From IMG/VR virus record IMGVR_UViG_3300032086_001878, positions 1 to 53,749 of that record: a stretch of DNA of 53,749 nt; one strand, 5' to 3'. This document shows, in pieces, positions 17,113 to 28,149 of the stretch. Position 1 is the first letter of the stretch. Each line of letters starts with the position of its first letter. Source of the stretch: a virus (Duplodnaviria; Caudoviricetes). The notes under the pieces are model-generated. The model was not told the origin of the DNA and searched no databases. It saw only the letters and a program-made list of their open reading frames with translations. The position numbers were made by a program, and so were the translations under genes.

Positions 17113-18672
17113 CTATCCCTGAGTAGTATTAAAAGGAGTTTGTTGGGACATTAATCCCTGCAAAAGTTGCGTTTTATTTGCTAATTCAGGAGACATTGGG
17201 GATGAACCCTGCGGCCTACCGTCTAAGAAGGATAATAAATTAGCAACATTAATATTCTTACCACCTAGACTGACTCCCCGTGAGTTAACTATACTTGTCC
17301 TCAAGTTAGTTTGTTCATCCATAACTCTGCTAGTTACATTCCCTTGCTGATCTATACTTTGAGGTATAAATCGACCTTTTTGATCAAATGCATTTGCGAG
17401 AGCCGTATAATCAGACCTAATATTTTCAGGAATATTTTGTCCACTTTGCATCAAAATTTGCTTAATAGTAGCCAGTTTACTAGCTACCTGATTTTGGGCA
17501 TCCGCTTGAGTTGGGGTAGTTGCTTGAACACCTGATGCCAATTCTTTTATTGATTGTGTTAGGCTTAAATTTGGTGTTCTGGCAGCAAGAGCCTGTTGAG
17601 CTTGATTTGCCTCTACTTGATCCGCTACTCTATTAACATTTTTTTGCGTACTTTCAAAGTTATTACCCATGTCTTCACGCATACGATTAAAGCCGCCTAC
17701 AACCGTGTCCTGCAGATCGGCACGGGTTTGATTAGCTAAAGTTACGTCTGAATCATACGTATCACGAAAGTCAGTAAACCCTGTTTGCAAACCTCCAAGA
17801 TTTTCCAATAGCTGAGATTGATTACCTGAAAGACCTTCATAGTATGTGTCAGCCCTACCAGACATATCATTTAGGTAATCTTGTAGGGAAGCTTGCCCAC
17901 CTAGTACGTTAGTAGAGAGAGTAGCCAAATCTTCGTTTTGAGATGCAAATTGGTTATCTATATTTTCAAAGCCTGAAGTTAAATTATTACCTACAGTAGT
18001 AATTCCCTCAGAGACATCTCCAGACAGATCACTAATTTGGTTGGAAATACCTGTTTGACCAGTTCCTAAACCTGTAAGTTGGTCACCTGTAGTTGCAAAA
18101 CCTTCATCTATAGAAGTTCCAAGACCTTCAACGCCTGTCTTTATGGCTCCAGTATCATCTTTAATAGCAGAAACATCCGTGCCTAAACCTTCAACGCCTG
18201 TCTTTATGGCTCCAGTATCATCCAAGATTGCTCCAGTATCATCCAAGACACTCGTAAATCCTTGATCCATCTCATCGGCTTTAGCTAGGTCAGAGGTATC
18301 AATTGTAGTGTTTGTGACATTTACAGGCTGAAATGTTTCAAAACCTGTCGTAATCTGATCTGATATATCTGACTGACCGCCAATAAGCGTCTCTGTATCT
18401 CCTTTAACCGTATCAGTTACTGCAACTGTGTCACCACCAAAGTTAACAGTATTAGTACCTGTCGTAACTTCGCCAGTTTCAGGATCGACAGAAGTGGTTG
18501 GAATATCCATTGTTCCACCAGGAGCATCCACTGTTCCAGAAGATGTGCCTATTGTGTTATCTACAATGGTTTCTACTTCTTCAGCCGTAGCGCCATCGTC
18601 TCCACCTTTGAAAGCTATCAACCCACTATTTCGAGGGTTCAACCAAGGCATAAATGGGTTGTACAATTTCAT
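17113..18672 (-). CDS. Virion protein with internal repeats
   Basis: 519 aa; DDTGAIKTGVEGLGT repeats. Confidence 0.6.
   Translation of the reverse strand: MKLYNPFMPWLNPRNSGLIAFKGGDDGATAEEVETIVDNTIGTSSGTVDAPGGTMDIPTTSVDPETGEVTTGTNTVNFGGDTVAVTDTVKGDTETLIGGQSDISDQITTGFETFQPVNVTNTTIDTSDLAKADEMDQGFTSVLDDTGAILDDTGAIKTGVEGLGTDVSAIKDDTGAIKTGVEGLGTSIDEGFATTGDQLTGLGTGQTGISNQISDLSGDVSEGITTVGNNLTSGFENIDNQFASQNEDLATLSTNVLGGQASLQDYLNDMSGRADTYYEGLSGNQSQLLENLGGLQTGFTDFRDTYDSDVTLANQTRADLQDTVVGGFNRMREDMGNNFESTQKNVNRVADQVEANQAQQALAARTPNLSLTQSIKELASGVQATTPTQADAQNQVASKLATIKQILMQSGQNIPENIRSDYTALANAFDQKGRFIPQSIDQQGNVTSRVMDEQTNLRTSIVNSRGVSLGGKNINVANLLSFLDGRPQGSSPMSPELANKTQLLQGLMSQQTPFNTTQG
18124..18248. repeat. Coding direct repeats (36 bp at 63-bp period; 19 bp at 21-bp period)
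   Basis: accttcaacgcctgtctttatggctccagtatcatc at 18124 and 18187. Confidence 0.85.
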
Positions 18673-18674
18673 TT

Positions 18675-19127
18675 TTAAATCTCCAAATTATAGACGTAAT
18701 AGAGCGTTTTGTATTTTTTTGACGCTCTTGAGGTGAGTTTGTTGAGTTGTCTCTGCCAACCTTTGCGGCCCCAGACCTGTATGCTTGAGCACCCACTTTG
18801 TTTTGCAAAATCTTCTAATGCTCGGTGGTGCTCAAAAAATTCTTTCCACTTTCGACCATTTGCGGTGCATGTAATTATTTGCAGCGCCTTATGAGATGGA
18901 TAGTTTAAGTATCGGGTCGTAGTGGTGCAGACTATGTTGTTTTGATTATCGATGATAAGCCAGACATGTATCCTGCCATCTAAGGCTTGTTTGCAGACAT
19001 CGAATGAGGTCAGTTCATTAACTGAATGTTCTAAAGCCTTTACAATATCGGGCTCGATTTGTGGCCAAAATCTTAGAACTTCATTGGGGGATAAAAGGAC
19101 TGACCGAAACTCTTTGGTTTCTGTCAT
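18675..19127 (-). CDS. Putative GNAT-fold protein
   Basis: LEDFAKQSGCSSIQVWGRKGW motif typical of podovirus acetyltransferase-like genes. Confidence 0.55.
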   Translation of the reverse strand: MTETKEFRSVLLSPNEVLRFWPQIEPDIVKALEHSVNELTSFDVCKQALDGRIHVWLIIDNQNNIVCTTTTRYLNYPSHKALQIITCTANGRKWKEFFEHHRALEDFAKQSGCSSIQVWGRKGWQRQLNKLTSRASKKYKTLYYVYNLEI

Positions 19128-19160
19128 TTAGTTAAAATTTTCCTTGATAATATGGTTAGA

Positions 19161-19189
19161 AGTATACCATTTTTTTAAGGGGTTTGCAA
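19161..19189 (-). promoter_or_regulatory. sigma70 promoter
   Basis: TTGCAA-N17-TATACT with TG extension. Confidence 0.65.
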
Positions 19190-19192
19190 CCA

Positions 19193-19510
19193 TCAAGAAG
19201 GCGTTGTAGGCCAATCCGCATCTTCTAGATTGGGCCAATTCTCATGCTCTGGGAGCGATCTCAGTGAGGATCGATATGTAGCCCAAAGCACCTTAGTATC
19301 GTTATTCAGTGGGCTGTCGTTGAACTGTGTCCAATCGCTATCTGCAAGTAACTGATTGCGAGTAGCTCTGTGTGATGCTGCTAGTCTATCATCAGCACAG
19401 TCTGCCCATGCCTGTTCTTCTGCGTCTCTGGCTAGTTCTTCTTCTTCGGTAAAGAAAACTCTACCGTAAGAGGTCATTCTATATCTTGGATTTTCTCTAG
19501 TCATGCTCAT
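19193..19510 (-). CDS. Tail fiber assembly chaperone
   Basis: RNQLLADSDWTQ..W..YR..LR.LP....WP signature. Confidence 0.85.
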   Translation of the reverse strand: MSMTRENPRYRMTSYGRVFFTEEEELARDAEEQAWADCADDRLAASHRATRNQLLADSDWTQFNDSPLNNDTKVLWATYRSSLRSLPEHENWPNLEDADWPTTPS

Positions 19511-20072
19511 TCAGTCCATATAAATGAACTGCCCCTGATAAAAATGTTCCACTTGAGGGACGAATTTGTATACCTGTTATTTTTGAAGAAGTTTGATTAT
19601 AAAAACCTGATGCAAGCATATTTTGAGCAGCATTGGTTGTGCCACCGACTAACTCGCTTTTAAAAGATTTGTAACTGCCTGACTCAACGCCACTTATATA
19701 CATCCCACCAGTTATGTTGTGATACCAAGTGTAGTTCTCACCGCCAATTTGCCAGTATGTCATACTTCCACTACCAGACCCATTGCGGTTAGAGCCTGTC
19801 ATGGTGAGCATAGAATTTGAATAATTACTGTTCGCATTCACACTTCCGTCTAAATACATATTCATAAGGGTATTTGTTTGGCTACTTTGGTCTAAACCAT
19901 CAAGATAAATAAAAAGACTTTTGTGATTGCTAATAGCAGAATTAGTAAAATCTAAACTTGAGTCACCATTAGCAGTTAGTTTTTCAATAAATTTCCAAGG
20001 ATTTTTTTCTTCGACAGTACCCGATGTAGAACTGGCAAGTGCAAGACTATTTGAATTTAATGTTAAAGGCAT
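19497..20072 (-). CDS. Tail-associated protein
   Basis: Ser/Gly/Asn-rich beta protein ending ITGIQI..G...LYG. Confidence 0.6.
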   Translation of the reverse strand: MPLTLNSNSLALASSTSGTVEEKNPWKFIEKLTANGDSSLDFTNSAISNHKSLFIYLDGLDQSSQTNTLMNMYLDGSVNANSNYSNSMLTMTGSNRNGSGSGSMTYWQIGGENYTWYHNITGGMYISGVESGSYKSFKSELVGGTTNAAQNMLASGFYNQTSSKITGIQIRPSSGTFLSGAVHLYGLNEHD

Positions 20073-20084
20073 TTCAAATATCCT

Positions 20085-21317
20085 TTACGCTGAAGTTACG
20101 CCAGTAATGCGTAGTTTGAGAGATGGGGTTATATTGTAAGTTCTCCCTGATATTGTTGAAGCATCAGGTGTGGCCTCTGTACCCCAACAGTCATAACCAT
20201 ATTGGCTGTAACTGTGTGAGGTTGAAACAGACCCTTGAGTTGGAGTATCCGTTTCAAAATCTACAAAGTTTAATCTGCTTCCACCCACATAATAAACTCT
20301 TGAGCCAACATAAGCGTAAGACCCTGTAGAGTCAGATGCAGCCGTTGCTAAACTTACAGTTACGCTAGGACTTACAGAACTAGTTCCATAATCTGTATTT
20401 ACAGGATCTAATAGATATGCATTCAGACCGTTGTTTCCGTTTTGCTCAATAATGTAGAATGTTCCATCTTTTTTCTTTACGATCCCTGCATTTCTTGCCC
20501 CAAAATTAAAAACATTGGATTGGTTGCCACTTAACTGCCTTACAGAGTTATTTGTTAAATCAAAAATATATGCATTTGCAGTTTGAGTACTCCAACCAAT
20601 TATCCACTCATCTTTGTACCCAAACATTTTTGGATTAGTGCTATATGTTTGAGACGCATTTATATTAATTATTGCATTATTAGATGGTGAGCTTGAATGA
20701 GCGTCTACTTGGTAAAGATATTGGCTAGACATATAATAAATATATCTTGAACCATCAAAATAATGTGGTCTGTAAGAAGTGGTAAAGTTGTATATTTCAC
20801 TGCCAGAACTATTCCTCACAGTAATTCGATGAGTAGAGTTATTGTTATTGTGTAAATAAACATCATTCTCACTTGAGCCAATGTTAGGCCAATATTGCCG
20901 CCAAGTGGAATCCTGTGTCCAATTAGAGTGGGCATTATCGGTTGTAGAAGTACTCGATTTACTTCCTATACCATTTACAGTTGGCTCTGTTAAAGTTTGG
21001 ACATTCGTACTACTTGTTGAATAGCTTACCTCATGATCGACGTAATTTAAGGGAACATTACTTGTTTTTACTTTAACAGTAGAACTTGTTCCAATAATCT
21101 CAGAGCCACTGGAGTTTGCAGTCAACCCTACAAGGTCATGCCCATTTTCTTGTAGCTTTCCACTGATAGGAATATCAGCGTCACCCTCAATAATCTTAAT
21201 GTCCTTGATAACATGACGAGTGGAACTGTCGGTTGTAATAATAGTAGCCTCACCGTTGCTATCAAAACTACTATCGGTGAGCGTATTGTCGTAAATTTTT
21301 TCTAAGGTATCTGCCAT
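20085..21317 (-). CDS. Tail-associated (possible receptor-binding) protein
   Basis: 410 aa, S/T/N-rich beta-propeller-like; position. Confidence 0.55.
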   Translation of the reverse strand: MADTLEKIYDNTLTDSSFDSNGEATIITTDSSTRHVIKDIKIIEGDADIPISGKLQENGHDLVGLTANSSGSEIIGTSSTVKVKTSNVPLNYVDHEVSYSTSSTNVQTLTEPTVNGIGSKSSTSTTDNAHSNWTQDSTWRQYWPNIGSSENDVYLHNNNNSTHRITVRNSSGSEIYNFTTSYRPHYFDGSRYIYYMSSQYLYQVDAHSSSPSNNAIININASQTYSTNPKMFGYKDEWIIGWSTQTANAYIFDLTNNSVRQLSGNQSNVFNFGARNAGIVKKKDGTFYIIEQNGNNGLNAYLLDPVNTDYGTSSVSPSVTVSLATAASDSTGSYAYVGSRVYYVGGSRLNFVDFETDTPTQGSVSTSHSYSQYGYDCWGTEATPDASTISGRTYNITPSLKLRITGVTSA

Positions 21318-21800
21318 TTAATAATCTCCAAATGCTAATGTTGAGGCATAAGAAAATCCTTGTATGCCTGTCAGAGCAGAACCGTTTAAAGCAGGGAGGT
21401 TTCCGCTAGAGTCCAGTTGTGGAATGTTGTTTGCCCCTGTGCCTACATTCAGCGCAGCCGCTGTTCCTAGGCTTGGTGTTCCAGTTACGTCTGAGTAAGC
21501 ACCACTAGTTGCTACCGTTGCTAACCCAGTGACATCAGATGCTGCCCCAGAGGTGGCTACTGCGGCTAATCCACTTACATCAGATGCTGCCCCACTAGTT
21601 GCTACAGCCGCTAGACTAGAAGTAGCCGCCTTGGTGTTAATCTGAGTTTGAACATCTGAAGTAACCCCTGCGAGTCGGTTTATCTCAGTGGAAGAAACCG
21701 TTACGCCTGTTATTTCAGTACTATCAATAGCACCGTCTGCGAGGATACCAGTTCCTACACCTGTACTAATAAAGTCGGCAAGAGTTCTTGCTCTAGACAT
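21318..21800 (-). CDS. Tail fiber-like protein with AAVATSGAASDV repeats
   Basis: Three near-identical repeats; LGTAAALNVGTG. Confidence 0.65.
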   Translation of the reverse strand: MSRARTLADFISTGVGTGILADGAIDSTEITGVTVSSTEINRLAGVTSDVQTQINTKAATSSLAAVATSGAASDVSGLAAVATSGAASDVTGLATVATSGAYSDVTGTPSLGTAAALNVGTGANNIPQLDSSGNLPALNGSALTGIQGFSYASTLAFGDY

Positions 21801-21812
21801 CTAGTCTCTCCT

Positions 21813-23246
21813 TTATGATATTCTTGTCATTGTGACGGAGCCATTTCCTGAAAAGAAACCTCTGTCCAAGTGTGAGAGTGTAACACCCTGAATTTTTGGG
21901 GCGATATGCGTTTTATTACGAAGCATTGTTGAAGCGGTAGCACTGGCATGGGAAACATTGGTAAAACCACTTGAGTAAGAGCTTCCTGCCCCACCCACAG
22001 CATACGTATTATTCATACCTGGGCCTCCTCCAGAGTAGCCACCTCCCCCTCCTTCTCCACCCCAACCACCAGTACAGCCCCCACCAAAGCCGCCCATGTG
22101 AGTTCCCAATGGGTATGCAGATGTTGGCATAGTGTCGGTATTATTATTAGCGTAGTTATTCCAATCAGTTGCAAAAGTAGGAAAATTTTGTCCAAGACTA
22201 GATGCAAAGCTAGGAACCCCATTAGAAAAGGTCATAGACATATAGTAAGTACTTTGTGTCCCATTGTCGGTTGGATTCATGTAAGCACTTCCACCAATTC
22301 CTCCCATGCCCCCTGCATTTAAAGCAGTGGGAGGGCAAAGACTAAAATATGGAGTTCTTGAGTCCCAATATGAATTATCTCTGGCTGTTCCAGTAAGTCC
22401 TGCACCACCACCAGAACGTAGAGTACTAGTACCATTGGTTATAGGGGCGCTTACGGCAGAGTCATATCCTGCAGAACCGTTACTTCCTGCAACTGAGGTA
22501 TTTCCAAAACTTCCATCGTCACCCCTGCCACCTCTTTTTCCTGAAGTAGCATAGTCTACTCGAGACATAGTGGCCCGATTCCAACTATACTGCGCCCTAG
22601 CTCCACCAACAGAACCTGCGATTGCAAAGTTAGTGTTCCAATCTGATTGAGCACCAACAAATACGGCACTTGCACCTGATCCGTTTGCACTTGGATCGCT
22701 TACGTTATTATCGGCAAACGCCCCTTGTCCCACTAAAACATGAATTTCATCGCCTTTAGATAAAGTTCTGTCACAAGTTAAATATCCAGGGGAATAATTA
22801 GTAGTACCATTATATTGCTGTAGATTAGTAGTTCCTTGCGTATTATTTTGTTGGAATAATGTCCAAAGGGAACTGTCAGTATAATACTCAGGAGAGCCTG
22901 TTTGGGCTGCGGTATAACTCAGATATGATCTATTGATAGGCCAAGAGCCTAAAATATTAAATCTATATGTACCATCATTCGGGATAGTAAACTTCTGGTA
23001 TCCATTATAAACCTGCGCCCCAAATTGCCCCATAATATCAGAGCTATATGGATAGTAGGCATCTGTCATCGCTTTGTTTGGCCCCAAAGCTCCATGCATT
23101 TTTGCAGATGTAAATACCATCACATCATCAACCAATAAAAGCTCTGGCCCACCGCCAATCCCTCGACCAAAGCCTCTAGAAGACCCACCACCAAAGGTAG
23201 CTAACATGGGGGCATATAATATTTGTGGTTTTTTAGGTAAAATCAT
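21813..23246 (-). CDS. Glycine-rich tail protein
   Basis: GGFGGG..GGGGGYSGG motifs. Confidence 0.65.
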   Translation of the reverse strand: MILPKKPQILYAPMLATFGGGSSRGFGRGIGGGPELLLVDDVMVFTSAKMHGALGPNKAMTDAYYPYSSDIMGQFGAQVYNGYQKFTIPNDGTYRFNILGSWPINRSYLSYTAAQTGSPEYYTDSSLWTLFQQNNTQGTTNLQQYNGTTNYSPGYLTCDRTLSKGDEIHVLVGQGAFADNNVSDPSANGSGASAVFVGAQSDWNTNFAIAGSVGGARAQYSWNRATMSRVDYATSGKRGGRGDDGSFGNTSVAGSNGSAGYDSAVSAPITNGTSTLRSGGGAGLTGTARDNSYWDSRTPYFSLCPPTALNAGGMGGIGGSAYMNPTDNGTQSTYYMSMTFSNGVPSFASSLGQNFPTFATDWNNYANNNTDTMPTSAYPLGTHMGGFGGGCTGGWGGEGGGGGYSGGGPGMNNTYAVGGAGSSYSSGFTNVSHASATASTMLRNKTHIAPKIQGVTLSHLDRGFFSGNGSVTMTRIS

Positions 23247-23261
23247 TCTGATTTCCCTCTA

Positions 23262-24323
23262 CTATGCGTACTGAGTTTGTGAGGCTAGGATAGCAAAAAC
23301 ATTGTTCGCAGTTTTAATGAAGGTAAATGTATAAGTGTCAGTGCTAGTTGCATTACCACCAGAAGGTGCAGAGCCACCTGACCATCTAGGCGTTACCGCT
23401 GATCCATCTATCTGATAAGCATTTAGGTAATAAGCTGTACTTCCTTGTACCATACCGATTGAACAAGTGAATGACTGCCCAATTTCAAGAACCGTATTTA
23501 GATTAGTAAAATTAATTGTTCTGTTAGCTGTCTGGTTGTTACTGAAGAACATTACGCCTTGGGCTGTAGTATCGAAAGTAATTGTGCCTGTGGTAGAAGT
23601 ATCTACCGTTGCTTTTTCAACAATTTCTTCAACATCTAATTTACCATTTATGGTAGCACCAGTAGCCGTAACCGCACCTGTTACATCTAGTGGTTTATTC
23701 ATCGTCCACTTATCACCAGAACTGGCATAATTGAACGTAGCTGAAGCACCGTCTACCGTTAAACCTGCGCCATCAGCCGCTGCACTATTAGCGGCTCCAG
23801 AAGCCACTGTGATGTTCAGGTCATCAACATCCATTGTGGTTGAGTTAATAGTGGTAGTCGTACCGTTTACTGTGAAATCGCCTGTTACAGTTAGATTTCC
23901 ACCAAGAGACACATTTCCAGAGGTGTCCTCATTGACTATCGGTATCCAGTTACCACCATGAGCGTAATACCCTTTGCCTGTCGCATGAACATGAGCGAAC
24001 ATCCCATGATAAGTGGACGCTGATGGAAGGTCAGATAGTTGAGAATAAACATTGGCGTAAGTAATTTTGTTAGCACCAAAGTCTACATCCCCAGTAAATG
24101 TACCGCCTGTAGAGGCCACCACTCCAAGGTTTGTCCTTGCGGTGGCTGCATTTGCAACATCCGATAAATTATTGGCTGCTGCTAGTGAATTGTTTGAGAT
24201 AGCAGTGTTAACTGCTTCTACTGCTTTACCCAGTAGCAAGAACTCTTTTCCGTCCGTAGTGCCACTGGTATTGTTAATCTTAGTAGTAAGATTAGCTTCG
24301 AGTGTCGTTGTGTTAATTGTCAT
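23262..24323 (-). CDS. Tail fiber protein
   Basis: NNLSDV..AATARTNLG and LTVTGDFTVNGTTTTINST motifs. Confidence 0.75.
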   Translation of the reverse strand: MTINTTTLEANLTTKINNTSGTTDGKEFLLLGKAVEAVNTAISNNSLAAANNLSDVANAATARTNLGVVASTGGTFTGDVDFGANKITYANVYSQLSDLPSASTYHGMFAHVHATGKGYYAHGGNWIPIVNEDTSGNVSLGGNLTVTGDFTVNGTTTTINSTTMDVDDLNITVASGAANSAAADGAGLTVDGASATFNYASSGDKWTMNKPLDVTGAVTATGATINGKLDVEEIVEKATVDTSTTGTITFDTTAQGVMFFSNNQTANRTINFTNLNTVLEIGQSFTCSIGMVQGSTAYYLNAYQIDGSAVTPRWSGGSAPSGGNATSTDTYTFTFIKTANNVFAILASQTQYA

Positions 24324-24324
24324 T

Positions 24325-26508
24325 TTAGAGTCCTGCTAAAGCTAGTGCCTCTACATCATCGAGTAGGGCATCTGTTTCCGATTTGGTGTAGTGGCTAGAT
24401 AATTGGAAAGTTCCGTAACCTACGATAGCCACTGTATCGCCAGTTGCAGCCGCACTACCTAGAGTTACTGAACTCCCATTTGTTGCGGTAAAATCTGATG
24501 GTGCTAATCTCACACCGTTTAAAAATACGTCTAAATAAAGAGGATCATATGTGGCAGGAAATACAGTTGTAGAGCCTGTGTAAGAGCCGCTGCTTGTTCC
24601 CACTACATAGTCTTGGCGCTGTGATGTTCCGTTTACTGAGCTACCTGCAGCCTGAAATCCACCTGAACCATAGACTTTCATAACGTTATTGGCAGTATCA
24701 AACCAAAGATCACCTAATCCTACGTTTGATCCACTTGGGGCGCTGCTACCAACAAAGTATGTATCAGCAAAATCCTGAAAATTATTAATGTTAGTAGCGA
24801 CTGTTGTAATTGCAGCCGACACCCCTGCGAGAGTACTAATATTGTTAGTAGGACTTATCTGACCTGCTACTGTATTAATGTCTGATATGTTGGTTGCTAT
24901 CGTTCCTACGTCTGCTTGAGTAGCCCAATACTTAGCTGAGAAATCTGTACCATTGACTGTACCAGATGTCTTAACAGCCCAATCTTGAGCTAGGGTAGCA
25001 GAGCTAGATGCATTTGCTTCAGAAGTGGCTGCATTTGCTTCGCTGACAGCCGCTGCCGCTGCAGAAGTAGCTGCCGCTGTAGATGATCCAAGAATGCTGT
25101 CTGTATATGCTTTGTTTGCAGCTTCATCGTTAGCAGTAGGATTTGGAAGACCACTGATGGTATTTGTTCCCATCGCAATGGCCCCAGACATTGTGCCACC
25201 AGTTAGACTTAGCTTTAGGGCATCCTGATTGTCTGAATAATTTTTAGTGGCTACGTCTTGGGCGTTTGTTGGATCACCTGCATTGGTAACCTTAGACGTA
25301 CCCATATCGATAGCACCTGTCATAGTGCCACCTGCCAAAGGTAATTTTGTAGCTATACTGTTGGTAATCGTAGTAGAGAAGTTCGCATCATCATTGATGG
25401 CTGCGGCTAGTTCATTAAGGGTGTCTAATGCTGCAGGGGCAGTATCTACTAGGTTAGCTACGGCTGTATCTACATCCACTTTTCGGGCAGCATCATTTGG
25501 ATTTACAGGTGCAGATAAATTCTGAATAGTACCTGTCGTACCTGCGTCCATGTTTAATGTGCCGTTGATTTCAACATCATTAAAAGTAGATGATCCAGTG
25601 GTAGCTGTTACGTTACCAGTTATTCCACCCTGTAAGTTACCTGTAAGCGTTCCGTTAATTGTTACGTTATTAAAGGTAGATGTACCTATTGAGTTACCGT
25701 TTGAGTCTACTGGAACAGTAACATTTCCTGTAACATCGCCAGTAATATCCCCAGTAAAACCACTGGTTGAAGTAATAGTTGTGCCAGTGATGGGAGACGC
25801 AGTGTTACCACCAATGACTGTGTTATCAATTGTACCCTGATCAATATCTACTTGGGTAAGACTTGATAGGCCAGTTACTCCAAGAGTACCTGTTATTGTT
25901 GAATTTCCTGATGCAGATGTATTTGTAAAATTACCATCTGCAGTGGTGGTGCTTCCGATAGTTGTGCCGTCGATGTTACCACCATTAATATCAACAGAAG
26001 CTAAAGTGGATAACCCTGTTACGCCAAGTGTGCCGCCTACAAGCGCATTACTACCTAAATGCAGGTCTTTGTAAGTTAGGCTAGCGGAGCCAATGTCTAC
26101 TGTATTTGTTGTGGCAGGGGTTATTGAGTTTGCGGTTACACCTACTACCTCACTCCACTGAGCCGCTGAAGCTGTATTAACCCTACATATAAAAAATCTT
26201 GATGTAGAAGTATTGAGCCAGATGCTGCCTGGAGCATATCCTGCATTAGCATCATCCGTTATCGTTGGGTTTGATGTTGCAGTTATATTATTTTGACCGC
26301 CCGTACCCCCATTTGCAGGAAGTAAGTATCCACTGACAGAAGTTTGTAAATTAATCTTTGGAGAATTGCCTGTAGTACCGTCATGTGAATGCCCTGACGT
26401 TCCATCAAAAGCACTTTGAAGTTGGTTAAACTCTGCAATTAACGGGGGCGCAGTTATCTCTGCGCCATTGATAATATCAGGTGCGGATTGTCTTGTGTAA
26501 CCTGCCAT
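24325..26508 (-). CDS. Tail fiber protein
   Basis: APAALDTLNELAAAI, PT...DVATK repeats, T/G-rich. Confidence 0.8.
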   Translation of the reverse strand: MAGYTRQSAPDIINGAEITAPPLIAEFNQLQSAFDGTSGHSHDGTTGNSPKINLQTSVSGYLLPANGGTGGQNNITATSNPTITDDANAGYAPGSIWLNTSTSRFFICRVNTASAAQWSEVVGVTANSITPATTNTVDIGSASLTYKDLHLGSNALVGGTLGVTGLSTLASVDINGGNIDGTTIGSTTTADGNFTNTSASGNSTITGTLGVTGLSSLTQVDIDQGTIDNTVIGGNTASPITGTTITSTSGFTGDITGDVTGNVTVPVDSNGNSIGTSTFNNVTINGTLTGNLQGGITGNVTATTGSSTFNDVEINGTLNMDAGTTGTIQNLSAPVNPNDAARKVDVDTAVANLVDTAPAALDTLNELAAAINDDANFSTTITNSIATKLPLAGGTMTGAIDMGTSKVTNAGDPTNAQDVATKNYSDNQDALKLSLTGGTMSGAIAMGTNTISGLPNPTANDEAANKAYTDSILGSSTAAATSAAAAAVSEANAATSEANASSSATLAQDWAVKTSGTVNGTDFSAKYWATQADVGTIATNISDINTVAGQISPTNNISTLAGVSAAITTVATNINNFQDFADTYFVGSSAPSGSNVGLGDLWFDTANNVMKVYGSGGFQAAGSSVNGTSQRQDYVVGTSSGSYTGSTTVFPATYDPLYLDVFLNGVRLAPSDFTATNGSSVTLGSAAATGDTVAIVGYGTFQLSSHYTKSETDALLDDVEALALAGL

Positions 26509-26511
26509 TTA

Positions 26512-28149
26512 TTATCGCCTTCCTGAAATGCTAAATTCAAAAACTAAACCTTGAATAGAAAAAGGTTCTGATTGACCTACTGTGACGAAGGTGGCTCTTG
26601 CTGAAAAACCTGATCCCTGAACATCCGTGGTCATTATTGGTTTTGAGTTACCACCATACAGAAGGTTTGCTCCTGCGTAGTTTATGTTAAGACCACCATA
26701 CTCAACGGGGCCACCTAGACTCTCTTGAGAATAACTTGAAGGGCGTTGCGTATTATAGTCACCCCAATCATACGCCATTGATAAAAAGAGTGTTACAGGC
26801 CCTTCTGCACGAATAAAGGTATTAACCTTGCGTAATGTTTTTCTAACTTCAGTGTCTCCGAAATCGAGATACGGAGTGGCATATACTGAAATTATATCAT
26901 TTCCATTAAAACTAATGCCTTTTTCCTGACGATATACTTTACCGTCATAATCACCGTGAAGAACGTATTCTTCCCTACCTATATAGTCACTGGTGGTGCA
27001 GGAGGCTCGTATTCCATTAAGCTCACCAAACTCCCAAGAAATACCACTTTCTTGACTAGCAAGGCCACCTATAATTCCGTAAGAGTTTGTAGCTTGCTGT
27101 GTGTCATCCCCTACAAAAAAACGGACTTGGGATTTAGATCTAATTACAACTCCATTTATAGTATCCATGTCGTAATTTTTGATCATATCTACAAGGGTTA
27201 CTTGAATTGTCTTGGAAATTGTCTCAAGCTCTACGTCACCAATTCTAGAGGTTCCTGAGACAGGTCTAAACCCGTCTGGTGCAAGGAACATAAGATCTCC
27301 ACCAATCTCAAGAACGCTGTCTCTAGCTATGCAGCCCACATTAGCGGTGACTTGATCTATTACAAAAAGACCAGAGGTAAGATCGGGGGATGCCTTTTTT
27401 ATATTATTAGCACCGAAGATAAATAAATCGTTACGAAAAGGCTTTATTTGAACAATATTAAACCCTGGAGTAAGTATCTCTGAACCAGAGTTTTGGAAGT
27501 CGAAAGGATTATCACCTACTGAGTGATGTAATGCTGATAATTGACTTCTATCACCGCCAAAAAATAAATGGTTTTCAAAAACCTCAACTAAAGCAGGGGC
27601 TGCACAAATCTTTATACCCCCTGGACTTGCGGAAGTTCCTGCGCCTGTTGGACTTAATTGATACCAGTTTGTACCATCAAAAATTATTCCATTATTTACA
27701 CCATCAGCAAATGCAATTTTAGATCCATCACCAAAATCAAATTGTACATGGCGTATTTTATTTACGTTACGAACACCATCTGTAGAATTTAAGGTCAGGC
27801 TATTAGTCATTGCTGCCCAACCAGAAAGAGCTACGTACCTATAAAATTTGTAAGTATTTGCACCTACATCTTTTCTGGCAGCAATTATATAAGGATTACC
27901 TAAATGCTCATTGCGGTAAATCGCTACACAGAGTACAGGCCCTTCTGCCACCCCTGCACCGACTTCGACATCGATCCCGTCTAATACTTCAAAACCTTCT
28001 ATTCTTCGGTAGCCGCCATAAAGACTAGGTTCGTAATTAACTAATCGTGTAGCTGAACCTGATGCAGCTTCTGAAAGAAACAGATGATTTTGATTACTGT
28101 TAAGCCCCCCAGAACTTACCAGTTTAAAGGATTGTATTTCATCTGCCAT
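26512..28149 (-). CDS. Tail tubular / nozzle protein
   Basis: 545 aa, beta-rich, follows the adaptor gene in podovirus order. Confidence 0.65.
   Translation of the reverse strand: MADEIQSFKLVSSGGLNSNQNHLFLSEAASGSATRLVNYEPSLYGGYRRIEGFEVLDGIDVEVGAGVAEGPVLCVAIYRNEHLGNPYIIAARKDVGANTYKFYRYVALSGWAAMTNSLTLNSTDGVRNVNKIRHVQFDFGDGSKIAFADGVNNGIIFDGTNWYQLSPTGAGTSASPGGIKICAAPALVEVFENHLFFGGDRSQLSALHHSVGDNPFDFQNSGSEILTPGFNIVQIKPFRNDLFIFGANNIKKASPDLTSGLFVIDQVTANVGCIARDSVLEIGGDLMFLAPDGFRPVSGTSRIGDVELETISKTIQVTLVDMIKNYDMDTINGVVIRSKSQVRFFVGDDTQQATNSYGIIGGLASQESGISWEFGELNGIRASCTTSDYIGREEYVLHGDYDGKVYRQEKGISFNGNDIISVYATPYLDFGDTEVRKTLRKVNTFIRAEGPVTLFLSMAYDWGDYNTQRPSSYSQESLGGPVEYGGLNINYAGANLLYGGNSKPIMTTDVQGSGFSARATFVTVGQSEPFSIQGLVFEFSISGRR

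Noticed and set aside
18124-21620. CRISPR-like or DGR-like repeats
   Set aside because: Repeats are in-frame coding repeats without unique spacers; no reverse transcriptase or cas operon seen
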